This document shows, one piece after another, positions 46,501 through 61,500 of a stretch of 64,000 nucleotides of DNA. Within the stretch, counting starts at the first letter, position 1, and every line of letters starts with the position of its first letter. This DNA is from Squalus acanthias (Eukaryota), in contig CM059427.1 in the NCBI GenBank assembly GCA_030390025.1, positions 188,728,001 through 188,792,000 of the forward strand, in the 5' to 3' direction. Under the pieces are notes generated by a model that did no database searches, was not told where the DNA came from, and saw nothing but the letters and a program-made list of their open reading frames with translations. The position numbers and the translations under genes were made by a program.

Positions 46501-49500
46501 CAGGAAGACTGAGTTGGCCCTTAAGTCTCTGCCAATGGCTTTTTCCCCCATGTCCACATGACCGCCTTTGGGTACCAAAGTGGACCATCCTTGGTCTCTC
46601 CCCATCATCTAAAAGTTCCTCCCTGATATCATCTGGAAGAACTGGGTCAGCTTCTATAAGTTCGCTGTTAATACCTAGCTCTCCCTCGCCACCTCCTCCA
46701 TTGATCTGAAGGCCTTTCCTACACTCTTCAACTGCCGGTCTGATATTAAGATATTGGTCGAGAGAAGTTTCCTCCAGTTAACTACCAGAGCCATCCTATG
46801 TTTCTCTGGCCTTAATTCCATAACTTCCTGAACATAATTTCCTTAACTCCCCAGCTGCCAGGCTAAGTTCAAAGGTGCAGATACTTGAGGCACTGTTTGA
46901 CCCTGAGCGGAACTTCCTTCCCTGCACCTGATCCTTTACAAAGACTGCTTTTGTCCACCTCTGAAACATCAGCTGACTCTGTCCCTATCTCTCCTCTATG
47001 GCTGCTGAAACTCGAATCAATGTTGTATCACTTCAGGCCTTAACTTCTCCAATGTCACCTGTGCTAACCTCCCTCCTCCACAAACTATAGGGGAGAGGTT
47101 TTCTGGCTCTGTGCTCAGGTGCACTGAATTTCCTGGGCGCAATAAATAGCGAAAATTGGACAGTCGATTGGAAGGAAGATCTGGTGGGTTCCTTTACAGG
47201 TGTGTGGTCAAACCTGCCCAATTTCCTGACATTCACTGCATCCAGGCTATCCCATGGACATGGGTGCAGACCCATGAAAATCTCCTCAACAAGTCATGCA
47301 TAGTGCTGTGGCCTGCATCCTTACTCAGACTAAGGTCTTTGCTACTATCACCCCTGTCCTTGACCTGCACCAGCAAATTGACTATGATTCTCCTCCTCAC
47401 TTTTAACTCCCTCCATTGCCTCACCGTACTCTATCTCAGTGATATCATCCGGTCTTACATTCTGCGCACACCCGCTGCTTCTCTGACGCTACTTTACACT
47501 CCCTCCCTCTGCTGTACCATCATCGGCCGCGGTTTCAGTCACTATGCCCTTGCCTTCTGAACCTTTATCCCTAAACATCTGCATCTTACCAACTCTTTCC
47601 CTGTTTTCAAAAGCCTCCTAAAAACCCTTTTCTTTAACCGTGCATTCCCGCCACCCCTCTCACTCACACTACAATCCTGCTCCCCCGTTCCTTCTGCTTT
47701 GTGTCTATTTTTTCGTGCTCGGAATTGTAAAGCCCTCTGAGATGTCTCATTGTACGTGAGGAGCCATATAGATGTATAAGTTGTTGTTACTTCTCAATTA
47801 AATGAATGTTCTAATGTGAGGTCATCTGCCTCAAACTAAGGTTTAGTATATTTCACCCCACTTCAATATGAAAGGAATAATATATAAATCCTGTAAAAAA
47901 GAAATGTTACTGCCATGAATTGAGGATAATATTGGACAAATCAGATGTAAATAAAGTGGGTGAAAATTATGGAATAGTTTGACTAATATATTGTGGAAAT
48001 ACACCTGGCGTCCAGAGACAAATAATTTCTGGAAATATTGACACAAGGAACATTACATCATTGAACTCGCCCCTCCATGGCCTCGCCCCTCCCTATCTCT
48101 GTAATCTCCTTCAGCCCCACAACCGCCCCCACCCCCAAATATCTGCGCTCCTCTAATTCTGGCCTCTTGAGCATCCCTGATTTTAATCGCTCAACTATTG
48201 GTGGCTGTGTCTTCAGCTGCCGAGGCCCTAAGCTCTGGAATTCCCTCCTTAAACCTCTCCACTTCTCTACCTCTCTTTCCATCTTTAAGACGCTCCTTAA
48301 AACCTACCTCTTTGACCAAGCTTTTGATCATCTGCCCTAACTTCTCCTTTGTGGCTCGGTGTCAAATTTTGCTTTATAACACACCTGTGAAGCGCCTTGG
48401 GATGTTTTACTACGTTAAAGGCGCTATATAAATACAAGTTGTTGTTGAACTAACAATGTATTAACAGACCTTTTTCCAAGGTCGATATAATGAATTCATA
48501 CTCCTTGTTGGAGCTTCGCACACCAGGGGTTTATGTCAGGATTTCCTGTGTGGCGGTCAGTGAGTTTCCATCCATAATGGTTGGAAAATCCTATGGATCC
48601 TGCTCACCTGCACATCTAAGTTTAAGGGAGAATTGGATTGACATTTGAGAGAGTGGGGGATTAAGAAGCATCAGTGTGTGGGACTGGCCAGATGGACTGT
48701 AAAGTCCTTTCCTGTTCTGTATTTTCCTGTGTTTCTATGTCATTACAAAGTATTAATTATTTTACCAAGAACAGATGAGATTAAAGTCTTAAGGAATAAA
48801 TTGAATTGAATCATCACCTGCGGCAGTTATTCCAATTGAGTTTAGTTCCTTTCGTTACATTGTTCCCTGTATCTTTCTCATTCTGTATTTTGTTTGATGT
48901 AGTTGAACGAGATCCCCGGTATCAGTTTACAGGCAGTGACGTTACACTCAGCTGTACCATCTCCAGACTCCCAGATACTGTCAATCTTCAATGGAAAGAA
49001 AGAGACTCATCTCAGCAGAACAGGAGGAACATCACTGACCAGATCCAACTGAATAACACAGTCTATCTGATAGTCCAGGATTTCCAAGTAGATGATGCAG
49101 AACGATATGCATGTGGAATACACGTTAATGGAAGAACTGTTCTCACTGTTTATATAGAATTGTTCTTCAGTCTGTGTAAGTGCAAAGTTTACCTTACAGT
49201 AAAGATTAGTTACTGATGTATCACTGTTGCAAAGAGTTTCTGAAAGGTACCTTAGGTGAGCAGTGTCCAAGATGTGACCCACTGGCCAAAACCAGCAACC
49301 AAGCTCATTTAACCCTACCTGCATTTCCTTCCTTATGTTTGTGTGATGTGAAGATTTCCCTGAGCGGCTCAAACTCCCTATGGCTGGAGGATTAGACAGT
49401 TGCTTCCTGATTTGTGCATTTTGATCAATAAATGAAGCATTTTTGCACCAACCTGGATTTAGCTTTCAGGCCCAGGAAGTTTGAAGAGACTGAAAGAACT

Positions 49501-52500
49501 TCCATTTTGCAAACTACAGGACAACAGGAAGAGCAGCAGGAAGCTACTGGTGGTGGTACTGGTGTTGGTGTTGGTTCTGATGTTGGTGTTGATGTCAGTG
49601 CTGGTTCTGGTGCTGGTTCTGGTGTTGGTGTTGGTGTTGGTTCTGATGTTGGTGTTGATGTTGGTGTTGGTGTTGGTGCTGGTTCTGATGTTGGAGCTGG
49701 TGTTGGTGTTGGTTCTGATGCTGGTGTTGATGTCAGTGCTGGTTCTGATGGTGTTGGTGTTGGTGTTGGTGCTGGTTCTGATGTTGATGCTGGTGTTGGT
49801 GTTGGTGTCAGTGCTGGTTCTGGGTTTGGATCAGGTCATGTTAAAGAAGAGGATGTGGGGAAGCACACCAGGCCAGGCCAAGAAGAACAAAAAGGTAAGT
49901 GAGGTACAGAATCATTGTGTGTGCTTTTAATATTTGCTTTCCTGGTGCTTCCCTTGCTGACAGTGTATAATGTGTGTCTTCTGCTCCCTAATCTTGTGCT
50001 CCTGCTAGCTCAGGTTTGGTCTGTTGCTCAGCAATGGGTGCCTTATGAGCTTCTGGATGCCATGTACCTCTTTGTGCTAGGTCATGTGATGGCCCAGCAA
50101 TTAGTGCCATCATTTAATAATCTGGAATCTTTGCAATGGAGGGAGATCAAGGACCAAGCCTACTGTAAGCTGGCTCCCTCTCCTCTGCTGTCACCTGCAC
50201 TTGCTCATCCTAACTTATGCTGGATGTTTCACCAGGTGTTCCCTTCTAACCATTAATAATTGAGGCATTGTTAAAACAATAGCATTGTTTAACTGATAAA
50301 GACAACTGATGGTTGCTGCCCTCTCTTTGCATGTTTCTATAATTCCTCATCTGTCTCTCTATTCCAGCTGAATTTGGTAAGCAGTATACAAGTTACTGGC
50401 CAATCTTTGGCCACAATTCGCTCTACCTGAACTGCAAAAGTGAGTCCAACTACAATCTGTCCATGTGGTATTGGAAAAATAAGAATCATCCAACAGAAAG
50501 GAAGGTTATATCTTCTGCTAATAAGAAGGAACAAAGGAATACAAATATCTTAGGGTATCGGAATCGAATCAATCTGCAACACTTTGATGGGATGAGCTTT
50601 CCTCTCCAGATTTCCCCTGCACAGTTTGAAGATGCAGGAACTTACACATGTACAATGGACTCAGCCAACCTGGTGACAATTCAACTGATAACCACCAAAG
50701 GTATGGCCTATAACTTAAGGCAGCAGGGCTGAAATTCTGCACGAACTCCATGAGTCTCCTGCTGTATCTCTGGTAGGAGATTGGTGGAACAAACCCCTGG
50801 GGAGATGACAGAAATGGCCATTTCTGTTGCTTCCGGAGTGGGGCTGCAGGCCTCCTGACGGAGTTACAGCAGGAGAATGATGGGACCGCATGGATTTCAG
50901 CCACAGACTACTTGACAAAGACCCTGAAGCCTTGCTGAGTCAATGAATGTATGATATGTAGGCTCCCAGTATTTGAGCATGGATGAAAGCAGGCAGACGT
51001 ATGGAATTGCACAGGGAGTCACAATGCACTTCTGTGAGCTGGCATTTTCACTCCATTTTAGAATCCAACATACATTGTGGAGCCTGAGGAAAAAATCTCC
51101 CTATGATAGGATTAAAGTGAGAAGTTGCACAACACCAGGTTATAGTCCAACAGTTTTATTTGTAATCACAAGCTTTTGGAGCGGCTGCTCGTTCGTCAGG
51201 TGAAGTGAAGAATACAAATCGGCAAAGCATATATAGACAGTCTCTCGAGCAGCAGCTCCGAAAGCTTGTGATTTCAAATAAAACTGTTGGACTATAACCT
51301 GGTGTTGTGCGACTTCTCACTTTTGTCCACCCCAGTCCAACACCGGCATCTTCACATTATGATAGGATTAGAGTTAGATTTAGGTTTCGGGTTAGCGTGA
51401 GATTTAAGGAGACTTTATGTGGGGCAGAAGATTTTATTTTGAGAGGTGAGAGGTGAGATGAATTCGCCAGAAGCAAATGTGTTACAGGGCACAATTATAA
51501 GCAGATTGGAAGGTAGCAAATGTAACCCCACTATTCAAGAAAGGAGGAAGAGAGAAAACTGAGAACTACAGGCCTGTAAGCCTGACATCAGTTGTCAGGA
51601 AAATGCTGGAATCCATTATTAAGGAAGTGGTAACAGGTTACTTAGAAAATCATAATATGATTAGTAAATTCAACATGGTTTTATGAAAGATAAATCGTCT
51701 TTGACAAATTTATTAGCGTTGTTTGAGGATGTAACGAGCAGGGTAAATAAAGGGGAACCAGTAGATGTAGTATATTTGGATTTCGAAAAGGCAATCAATA
51801 AGGTGCCACATAAAATGTTGTTAAGCAAGATAAGGGCACATGGGGTTGGGGATAAGGTATTAAGCATGGATAAAGGATTGGTTAACTGACAGAAAACAGA
51901 GAGTAGGGATAAACGGAGCACTTTCAGATTGGCAGGCTGTAACTGCTTGGGCCTCAGCTATTTACAACCTATATTAATGACTTAGATGAAGGGACTGAGT
52001 GCAATTTATCCAAGTTTGCTGACGATACAAAGCTAGGTGGAAAAGTAAGAAGTTAAGGGGGATGCAAAGAGCCTGCAAAGGGATATAGGCAGGTTAAGTG
52101 AGTGGGCAATAAGGTGGCAGATGGAGTATAATGTTGGGAATTGTGAGGTTATTCAATTTGGTAGGAAGAATAGAAAAACAGAATATTTTTTAAATGGTGA
52201 GAAACTATTAAATGTTGGTGTTCAGAGAAATTTGGGTGTCCTAGTTGAAGAAACACAGGGAGTTAGCATGCAGATACAGCAAGCAATTAGGAAGGCAAAT
52301 GGCATGTTGGCCTTTATTGCTAGAGGGTTGGAGTACAAGAGTAAGGAAGTCTTGCTACAATTGTACAGGGCTCTGGTGAGTCCACACCTGGAGAACCGTG
52401 CATAGTTTTGGTCTCCTTATTTAAGGAAGGATATACTTGCATTAGAGGCGGTGCAACAAATTTCCACTAGATTGATCCCTGGGATGAGAGGGTTGTCCTA

Positions 52501-55500
52501 TGAGGAGAGATTGAGTAGATTGGGCCTATACTCTCTGGAGTTTAGAAGAATGAGAGGTGATCTCATTGAAACATATAAGATTCTGACGGGGATTCACAGG
52601 GTAGATGCTGAGAGGTTGTTTCTCCTGGCTGGAGAGTCTAGAACTAGGGGGCATAGTCTCAGGATAAGGGGCCGGCCTTTAAAGACTGAGATGAGGAGGA
52701 ATTTCTTCACTCAGAGGGTTGTGAATCTTTGGAATTCTCTACCCCAAAGTGCTGTGGATGCTCAGTCATTGAGTATATTCAAGACTGAGATAGATAGATT
52801 TTTGACTCCAGAGGCATTAAGGGATATGGGGATAGTACCGGAAAGTGGAGTTGAGATCAAAGATCAGCCATGATCTTATTGCAGGCTCGAGGGGCCAGAT
52901 GGCCTACTCCTCTTTCTAATTCTTATGTTCTTACGATATTACAATTGGCCCTGAGCACCATCGAAGCATCCATCACTGCACCAATTGCACATCCTTTAAA
53001 TTATATCGAGGAGGTTTCATGTGTGAGCATGGCTGTAGCTGGTCAGAAGTGAACAAGGTGAAGAGTAGCATTGAAAATTTCTTAGTAAAATACTGATGGA
53101 ACTGTTTTGTAAAAATGATTGTAAAGTTTGATTGAATTCAGAATTGTTGATACTATAGAATCTGCTTCCACCAACCTTTCAGGCAGTGCATTCCAGATCA
53201 TAACAACTTGCTATGTAAAAAAACTTGTGGAGTTGGGAAGAGGAGGAACTTCAGGCAGCAGCTTCAGGCTACTGAAATTAGAGCCCACCAGAGTCAAACC
53301 ATCCAGACTCCAAGACACTTCAGTCTGTCACAGGAGCAATGCTTAAAGAAGCTACAGTTTTTTTATTTGTTTATGGGATCAGGGCTTCGCTGGCAATGCC
53401 AGCATTTATTGCCCATCCCTAGTTGCCCTTGAGAAGGTGGTGGTGAGCCGCCTTCTTGAACCGCTGCAGTCCGTGTGGTGATGGTACTCCCACAGTACTG
53501 TTAGGTAGGGAGTTCCAGGATTTTGACCCAGCGACGATGAAGGATCGGCGATATACTTCTAAGTCAGGATGGTGTGTGACTTGGAGGGGAATTTGGAGGT
53601 GGTGGTGTTCCCATGAGCCTGCTGCCCTTGTACTTCTAGGTGGAAGAGGTCACGGGTTTGGGATGTGCTGCCGAAGAAGACTTGGCGAGTTGCTGCAGTG
53701 CATCTTGTAGATGGTACACACTGCAGCCACGGTACGTCGGTGGTGGAGGGAGTGAATGTTTAAGGTGGTGGATGGGGTGCCAATCAAGCGGCTGCTTTGT
53801 CCTGGATGGTGTCAAGCTTCTTGAGTGTTGTTGGAGCTGCACTCATCATCCGGGCAAGTGGAGAGTATTCCATCACACTCCTTACTTGTGCCTTTTAGAT
53901 GGTGGGAAGGCTTTGGGGAGTCAGGAGGTGAGACACTTGCCGCAGAATACCTAGCCTCTGACCTGCTCTTGATGCCACAGTATTTATGTGGCTGTTCCAG
54001 TTAAGTTTCTGGTTAATGGTGACCCCCAGGATGTTGATAGTGGGGGATTCGGCGATGGCAATGCCATTAAATGTCAAGGGGAGGTGGTTGGACTCTCGCT
54101 TGTTGGAGATAGTCATTGCCTGGCACTTTGGTGGCGCGAATGTTACCTGACACTTATCTGCCCAAGCCCGAACGTCGTCCAGGTCTTGTTGCATGTTAAC
54201 TAGACCTTCAGTGACTCACATCTGCATTCTGCTACAGACCAATGAAGGGAAAACCCTGGAATCATTTAAGAAACAATTGGATACTGCAATGGGGAGACTG
54301 AGGGTCTTTCTAGCCACATGAACTAAGATGGGCCAAATAGTCTTCCTTATCCATAATTATCTTGTGAACTCTTTGGACTCAAAGAGAGACAATCTCTCGA
54401 AGCTGAGCTGAATTGCCCTATGCTGTGAGTTCAAACAGTAGTGGGTTGAAATTCTTAAGCTCCGTGAAGCCGTGTCATTGATGCCTGCAGCCCCCACAGT
54501 GAGGGGAATTTCCATCCTATACTATTAATCTTTGAACTGATTGCAAGTAGCTGCTCAAACCCGCATTACTTAGAATGGATGAGAGATCCAGGGCAGAAAG
54601 ATTACAATTTCCCATTACTGTATTGCTAACAATTATGAAAAATTCTTTGAATGAGGTAAGTATGAAAAGTGGAAATCTTAGGGCTGAAATATCCTGAAAT
54701 CCTCCATTACTGAAAATAAGACTCCTTTTTTGCAGTGACAGCGATTCCCTCTCCCCCTCTGTCTGAAGGAGACAATGTTAGCCTTACCTGCTCTGTTTCT
54801 CATGTCAGTGAAGCAACAAGACTTGTTTGGATGGAAAATGGCAGGAACACTCTTGTTAAAGAAAAAACATTTAATCCCCCGGGAGAAGGAAATAACAGCC
54901 TGTCGCTGTTCATTCAGAAGATTGGGCAACATAACAGAAGATGGACCTGCCTTGTATTTAATCAAACAATGCCAAAAATTTACATCACGTACCAGATTGA
55001 AGTTAATGGTAAGAGTTGTATTTATTTTATAATGTGCATGATTGGGGTGAATACTCCTGCTTTTAAAATTAACAATGAGTGATTCTTTGAACGTCATGTA
55101 TTGCACACACCATTCATCAATACTGCACACACCTTGCATAAGTACCCATTGCTGCCCTGTGCCCTGTTTTGTAATAGTGTAAAGTAATGCTATGGCACAC
55201 CATCAGATTTTGTACTTGTTCCAGTGGGCCTTGTGTTCTCAGAGCCACAGTATTTACATTCTTTGAACTTTCAACGTCTTACTTCCTGCTGTATTCGTCT
55301 GCAGTGCAATACACCCAGCTGAAGAACGAGAAGGATACCATTAGAGAGGGTCTGCTGAATACAAACTCATTTGCTGAACTGATTGCAACTCTTTTCTCAA
55401 TCATTCACTGTTGATTAACATACAGCCCTACTCCATCCTGTGACTTTTTGCATCATCTTGCAAAATTGCCACATATAACCGCAGTGTCGGTGAAGTCAAA

Positions 55501-58500
55501 TAGCTTGATTCTGTGTGCTACACTTGTGGTGTAATTGGACCAGATATGGTTTGGAATGGACAAGTATGAAGGTGTCAGCCTTGTGTCAGTGCCGGGACTC
55601 TCGCCTCTGAGTCATGAAGGTTAAGAGTTTATAGACCCACTTCAGACACTTGAGCACATAATCCAGACTGACACTTCAGTGCTGTACTGAGGGAGTGCTG
55701 CACTGTCAGAGGTGCCGTCTTTCACATGAGACCAGGTGAATGTAAAAAGACCCCATAGTGCTATTCGAAGAAGAGCAGAGGAGTTCTCCAATATTTGCCA
55801 ATATTTATCCCTCAGCCAACATCACGAAAACAGTTTATCTGGACATTAACTGGACCAGCCATATCAATGATAACAAGCACAAAATGCCCTACTTACACCA
55901 TAGGATTTTCAGAGCCCATCATTTTAATTTAGGCTGAGATTTAATTATTAAAGTTTCGAACAATGAGGGCTGCCCTCAACATATCTGCTATGAGAGGATG
56001 TTAATTACTTGCATCCGGAGCACTCAATGGCAGATAAGGTGCATTTACACTGCCATTGTATCATCGGTGCAAAGAAGTTTCAGAAACACTGACGCTGTAG
56101 TGATATGGGGTGATGTTGCTCAGCTCTGTTTCCGCTACACTGCTAGCAGCAAGTGTGGTTAGAAAATCAGATAACCTCTCTACTACCAGGCTCGCTGCTA
56201 GTGAGGCTCCATGTGGGGAACAGAACTAAATAAAATCAACCAAAATGGAACCTGACTGTGGAGTCAGGATTCAATCTTCCACCTCCAGGGATTTGTGCTC
56301 TACTTTGCTCTCGAGTCAGGTTGCACTTAAAACCCAATTTATTCTTCACAAGTCTGCCATCAGTGCAAAGCTGCAATTGCTTTGCATCAACGGTAAACTT
56401 GTAGTGTAAATACAGCCCACGTTTTACTTTCATTATCAGCACTTTATACTTTCTTGCCAGTCTATTCTTTCCTGCTGATCTCCTGAACCTGTTGACTGGT
56501 TGCTGAGCTATGGTCAACTGGCGGCCTCTGGTAACAGCTCAAGTGGCCATTATTCATGTGTAAATAGTGACAGTGAGTTTTGTTGGGACTATTTGACCGT
56601 GGGACATTACAACTGAGTCTGATTCTGAAGCCCACACATACACCTTCCAGTAGTGGTTGCTACATAGGAATGGGAACCGTGGTCAATTCTCCTCTTTCTG
56701 ACCTGGGACGTTTAGATCAGTTCTAAACACTCTCAGGATTGCACATGTAATTTAGACTGACAGTTTAATGTATTCCTAAGGGATTGCTGCATTTTCAGAG
56801 GTTCTGTCTTTGCAGGTGAGATATTAAACTGAAACCCTGTCTGCATGTTCAGGTTGTCATAAAAGATCCCGGCCTAGAAAACTGGGGGTTTAGCGCCGGC
56901 CGTTGAGGCCCGTTTTGTTGATAAAATGGTGGCCGCTTCGCTTCTAAAAAAGATAAACCGGTTGAAAATGTTTTTAAAATTATAATTAATTAACCACTTA
57001 CCTTGTTGAAAACGGGTCCTGCGCCTCCTTTTTAAAAGCGCAGCTTCTTCAATACTTACCCTCCCGGAGAAACCTGAAAAAAAAAACAAGTTTGCTGCGT
57101 GCGCGCAGCCTCTACCGCGCACGCGGTTCACCTATGAACTGCTCCCTTCACCAGACCGGAATTTCCGGTTTCCCGTGCATGGGCAGTGCATACAGGAAAC
57201 CAGCACTTCAGGACGCCTTACGCGTGAGTACACAGTGCATACTCACCCGGCAAGAGCCGAATTTTTGGCCCATTTTATCTGCACTGATGTTAGCAACATT
57301 CAATATTTGCACAAAATGGCGCGGAGTTTAATGAACGCAACCAATCAGTAGTTCATCATTGAAGGGCTACAGCAGTCAGCTGACTAATGGCTCAGTGAAT
57401 TTATGCAGAGATTAGCTGAACCATACAGACAACATAGGAACATCGGAGCAGGAGCAGGCCATTCAGCCCCTCGATCCTGTTCCACCATTCAATGAGATCA
57501 TGGCTGATCTGCGACCTAACTCCATATACCTTCCTTTCCTCATATCCCTTAATACCTTTGGTTAACAAAAATCTCTCAATCTCAGATTTAAAATTAGCAA
57601 TTGATCTCGCTTCAATTGCCGTTTGCGGAAGAGAGTTCCAACATTCTCCCACCCTTTGTGTTGAAGTGTTTCCTAATTTCACTCCTGAACGGTCTGGCTC
57701 TAATTTTTAGACTATGCCCCTCGTCCTAGACTCCCCAACCAGCAGAAATAGTTTCTCTCTATCAACCCTATCTGTTCCCCTTAATAGCTTGAAAACTTTG
57801 ATCAGATCACCCCTTAACTTCTAAATTCTAGGGAATTCAACCCTAATTTGTGTAATCTCACCTTGTAATTAAACCTTTGGAGTCCGGGTATCATTCTGGT
57901 AAACCGACGCTGCACTCCCTCCAAGGCCAATATATCCTTCCTACGGTGTGGTGCCCAGAACTGGGACAAGGAAGGTCCCAGCTTTGATCTCTGCCCCCTT
58001 GTGCCACATCTAAGCTGGGGTGGTGAACACAGGGATGTTGCAATTAACCATAGCTAATTGAGTTCGGGAGGCCACCATTGACCAAGGTTGCTGCCCCTGA
58101 TTTCCAGTCATCGCCCACTTTTGGATGGTGCACATTTGTGGGTATTTGGTGAGGTCACACGTGGGCTCGGCTATGATGCCCACCAAGGCCAAATAGGCTG
58201 TCAACATCCACCCTCAAGGCTTACACATGAACAATGATCATTTGGGTCAGGTACCAGAGGGTAGACTGTGCCCATGGAATATGGAACACTATCCAAGCTC
58301 GCATTCAGGAAGAGAGAGTGGAGAAAATTGGCCAGAAATCAGCTGAAACTGAGTCAATTTGCAACTTTTAATTTTAAAATAAGAGATGCAGTGGGAATTG
58401 AGCTCTTTTTGTCAAACTATTTTAAACCAAGCCTGAAATTTACTGTTCAGAATAAAGCACTTCCTCCTCCAGCAGAAGCTAGGAAAGGTTTTTGTATTAA

Positions 58501-61500
58501 GCTGATTGGTAGAAGACCTGAAGTTTTATAACAATCCTTTGATTAGATAATGGAAATAGTTTGTACCAACTAATCTGGGTTGGGTGTGAAGGAGCTGTTC
58601 CATAATATCCACATTTTTCTTGTAAAACTCTAAAATTTTGTATCTACATCCTCAATGACATGATTTTTTTTTCAGAGATTGCTTATTTGAACTATATTCT
58701 CGTTTCTGTGGTTCTTGTGATTCTTCTGTGCACCATTGCAGCAATAATGAGCTACCTGAGGCGGATCAATGAACCAGGTAAGAGAAATAGGTGTCTGCAG
58801 ATGATTCGGTCATTTGTACCAGAGAGAATGACGATGAAAACCCTAAGGACAATGCACCGTTACTTGCTCTTGCCCTGACGAGCACCTGCACAGAAATCGG
58901 AGCCCACATGACTTACAATAGTTTTAAGCGACTGTGCTGGAGCATTCACTGAGCAGAAGTGAGCAGTTGGAGGTGCCAAACCATGCCAAGGGACCAGCGA
59001 ACTGGAGGGTCAGGTCACATCCTAGCTTTGCTGAAGAGGACAGAGATGCGGACTTGGGGGATCCAGCATTTAAGAGAGAGATGATTTCAATGCACCAACA
59101 ATTGATGAATGTATTGGACTGCCTACCAGGCAGTTTCCAAAACATGATGGCTAGGATGGTGAAGTCCTCTACCAACGTGTGTGGGTATCATGCATGGCAT
59201 TGACAGTCTGGTGTCAACCATGGTGTGCCTGGTGCCTTCAATGGCCGGTGCAGCTGAAACCCCTCCCCCTCCCCCCAGAGAAGGCGATAACACCAGCATT
59301 GCATCTCTCACGGATACTCATGCTATGGTCATGCAGGCTGTGGGCTTAACCATCTCCTCTGCCTTGGCCAGGATGGGGTAAGAATGAATAGGGACTTCAC
59401 CTGGATCACTGACCCTCCTAGAGTCTGCGCTCTCATAGGTGCTGAGTGGTAGCCCAGAGCAGAGACAGTCATGCAAGGGAACGGACCACGATGCCATCTC
59501 TCATGATTACACTTCTGTACCCTCGCGACCCTCTGGGCCATTACACGTTCTGGTGCCAGACAGCATGCTGGACCAGACTGCCCTGACAGAGGCCGATTTG
59601 TGGGATTCTGCACCTGGGCCCTCTCGGACCTGAGCTTCGAGAGGTCCACAAGCATTTTATGAGCCCATGAGGCCACAGCAGCCTCCCTCCTCCCACGTTG
59701 CAGCCACTAAAGTCGGTGAGGTGGGGGTGTGGTTGGGGGGTGGGTTGGTGGCAGTAAATTGGTGAAAGAGCACTTTAGACAGGCATTATAGGGATTCGCA
59801 CCAGGGTGAGAAATAGACCATTCTGTAAGCTATTAAAACCACAATACTATTCAAAATCTTTGTGCGCAGAGTGTTCCTGCAGTTGCTGGAGATCTTGCAA
59901 TGGTAGTTAGCATGAATATCAATATTGGTGTTTGGGCAGATGCTTTTAATTGTAGGGTGGAAGGACTGGGACATATGTTAGGCATGGCTTTGACACAGGG
60001 GAGCATGGATAGTTTAGCTGAAGAACTCTACCAAACAGCTCAGGCTGCTGGAAACTTTTGGAACCCTCTCACTTCCTCACCATCCTCTATATCATCAGTG
60101 TCATGGAGGCTCCATGTGTTACAACAAAAACTTGTATTTATATAGCACCTTAAAGGTAGTAAAATGTCCCAAGGTGCTTACCCCCATTGCAGTGCAAAGC
60201 TATGCAGCAAACCAATAGCATACAGGACACTCTTTCTGAGTTGTATTGTCCAGGCATCTGAATCACTGTCTGAGGACTCCAATGGTTTGCTCCATGAGGG
60301 CTCCAGTTAACCTATGAATCTGACTGTAGCAAAGGTCTACTCTGCTGAGCCTGTGTTCCTAAGAGGAGGCATAAGCCAAGCGTGTAGGGGGTAGCACTCG
60401 TCTTTATTCCAACTTATCAAGGTTTCCGTGGCTCATCCGCCGAAGTTACGGCAGACCAGTGGGAAAACTTCTACATAAATTCACTCCTCATGTTGTCCAG
60501 TTCCCAAGTGAGGTAAGTCTATCACAGGAAAAGTACAAAGACACAAAATACACTAAACAGTCACGTTTACCAACCCTGACAATATGAACCAGCAGCTGAT
60601 GTTGATAGAAAAACGGGATGAATTTCTCAAACCTTTATGTAACTATAGAAACATAGAAGATAGGAGCAGGAGTAGGCCATTCGGCCCCTCTAGCCTGCTC
60701 TGCCATTCAATGAGATCATGGCTGATCATCCAAATTCAGAACCCTGTCCCTGCTTTCGCCTCATATCCCTTGATCCCTTTAGCCTGAAGAAATATATCCA
60801 ACTCCTTCTTGAATATATTTAATGAATTGGCCTCTACTGCCTTCTGTGGTAGAGAATTCCACAGGTTCACCACTCTCTGGGAGAAGAAATTCCTCCTCAT
60901 TTCTGTCCTAAATGGCTTAACCCTTATCCTTAGACTGTGACCCCTGGTTCTGGACTCCCCGACCATCGGGAACATCCTTTCTGCATCTAGTCTGTCCAGT
61001 ACTGTCAGAATTTTATAAGTTTCAATGAGATCCCCTCGCATTCTTCTAAACTCCAGCGTGTATAAGCCCAATCGATCCAATCTTTCCTCATACGTCATTC
61101 CTGCCATCCCAGGTATCAGTCTGGTGAATCTTCGCTGCACACCCTCCATGGCAAGAACCTCCTTCCTCAGATAAGGCGACCAAAACTGCATACAATACTC
61201 AAGATGTGGTCTCACCAAGGCCCTGTACAACTGCAGCAAGACATCCTTGTTCCTGTACTCAAACCCTCTCGCTACGAAGGCCAACATACCATTTGCCTTC
61301 TTACCTGCCTGCTACACCTGCATGCTTACCTTCAGCGACTGGTGCACAAGGACACCCAGGTCTCGTTGCACTTCCCCTTATCCCAATCTATTGCCAGTCA
61401 GATAATAATCTGCCTTCCTGTTTTTGACAACAAAGTGGATAACCTCGCATTTATCCACGTTATATTGCATCTGCCATGCTTCTGCCCAATCACCCATCCT

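Noticed and set aside
49432-49930. Gly/Val-rich and Leu/Val-rich ORFs (156 and 149 aa) as an extra exon or TM protein
   Set aside because: These are translations of a simple (GGTGTT)n repeat in the D2-D3 intron, and D2 splices in frame to D3 without them.
60501-60512. 12-nt micro-exon candidate (tgtccag|TTCCCAAGTGAG|gtaagt) in the gene B tail intron
   Set aside because: In phase 1 it introduces a TGA, has no counterpart in gene A, and lies in repeat-like sequence.
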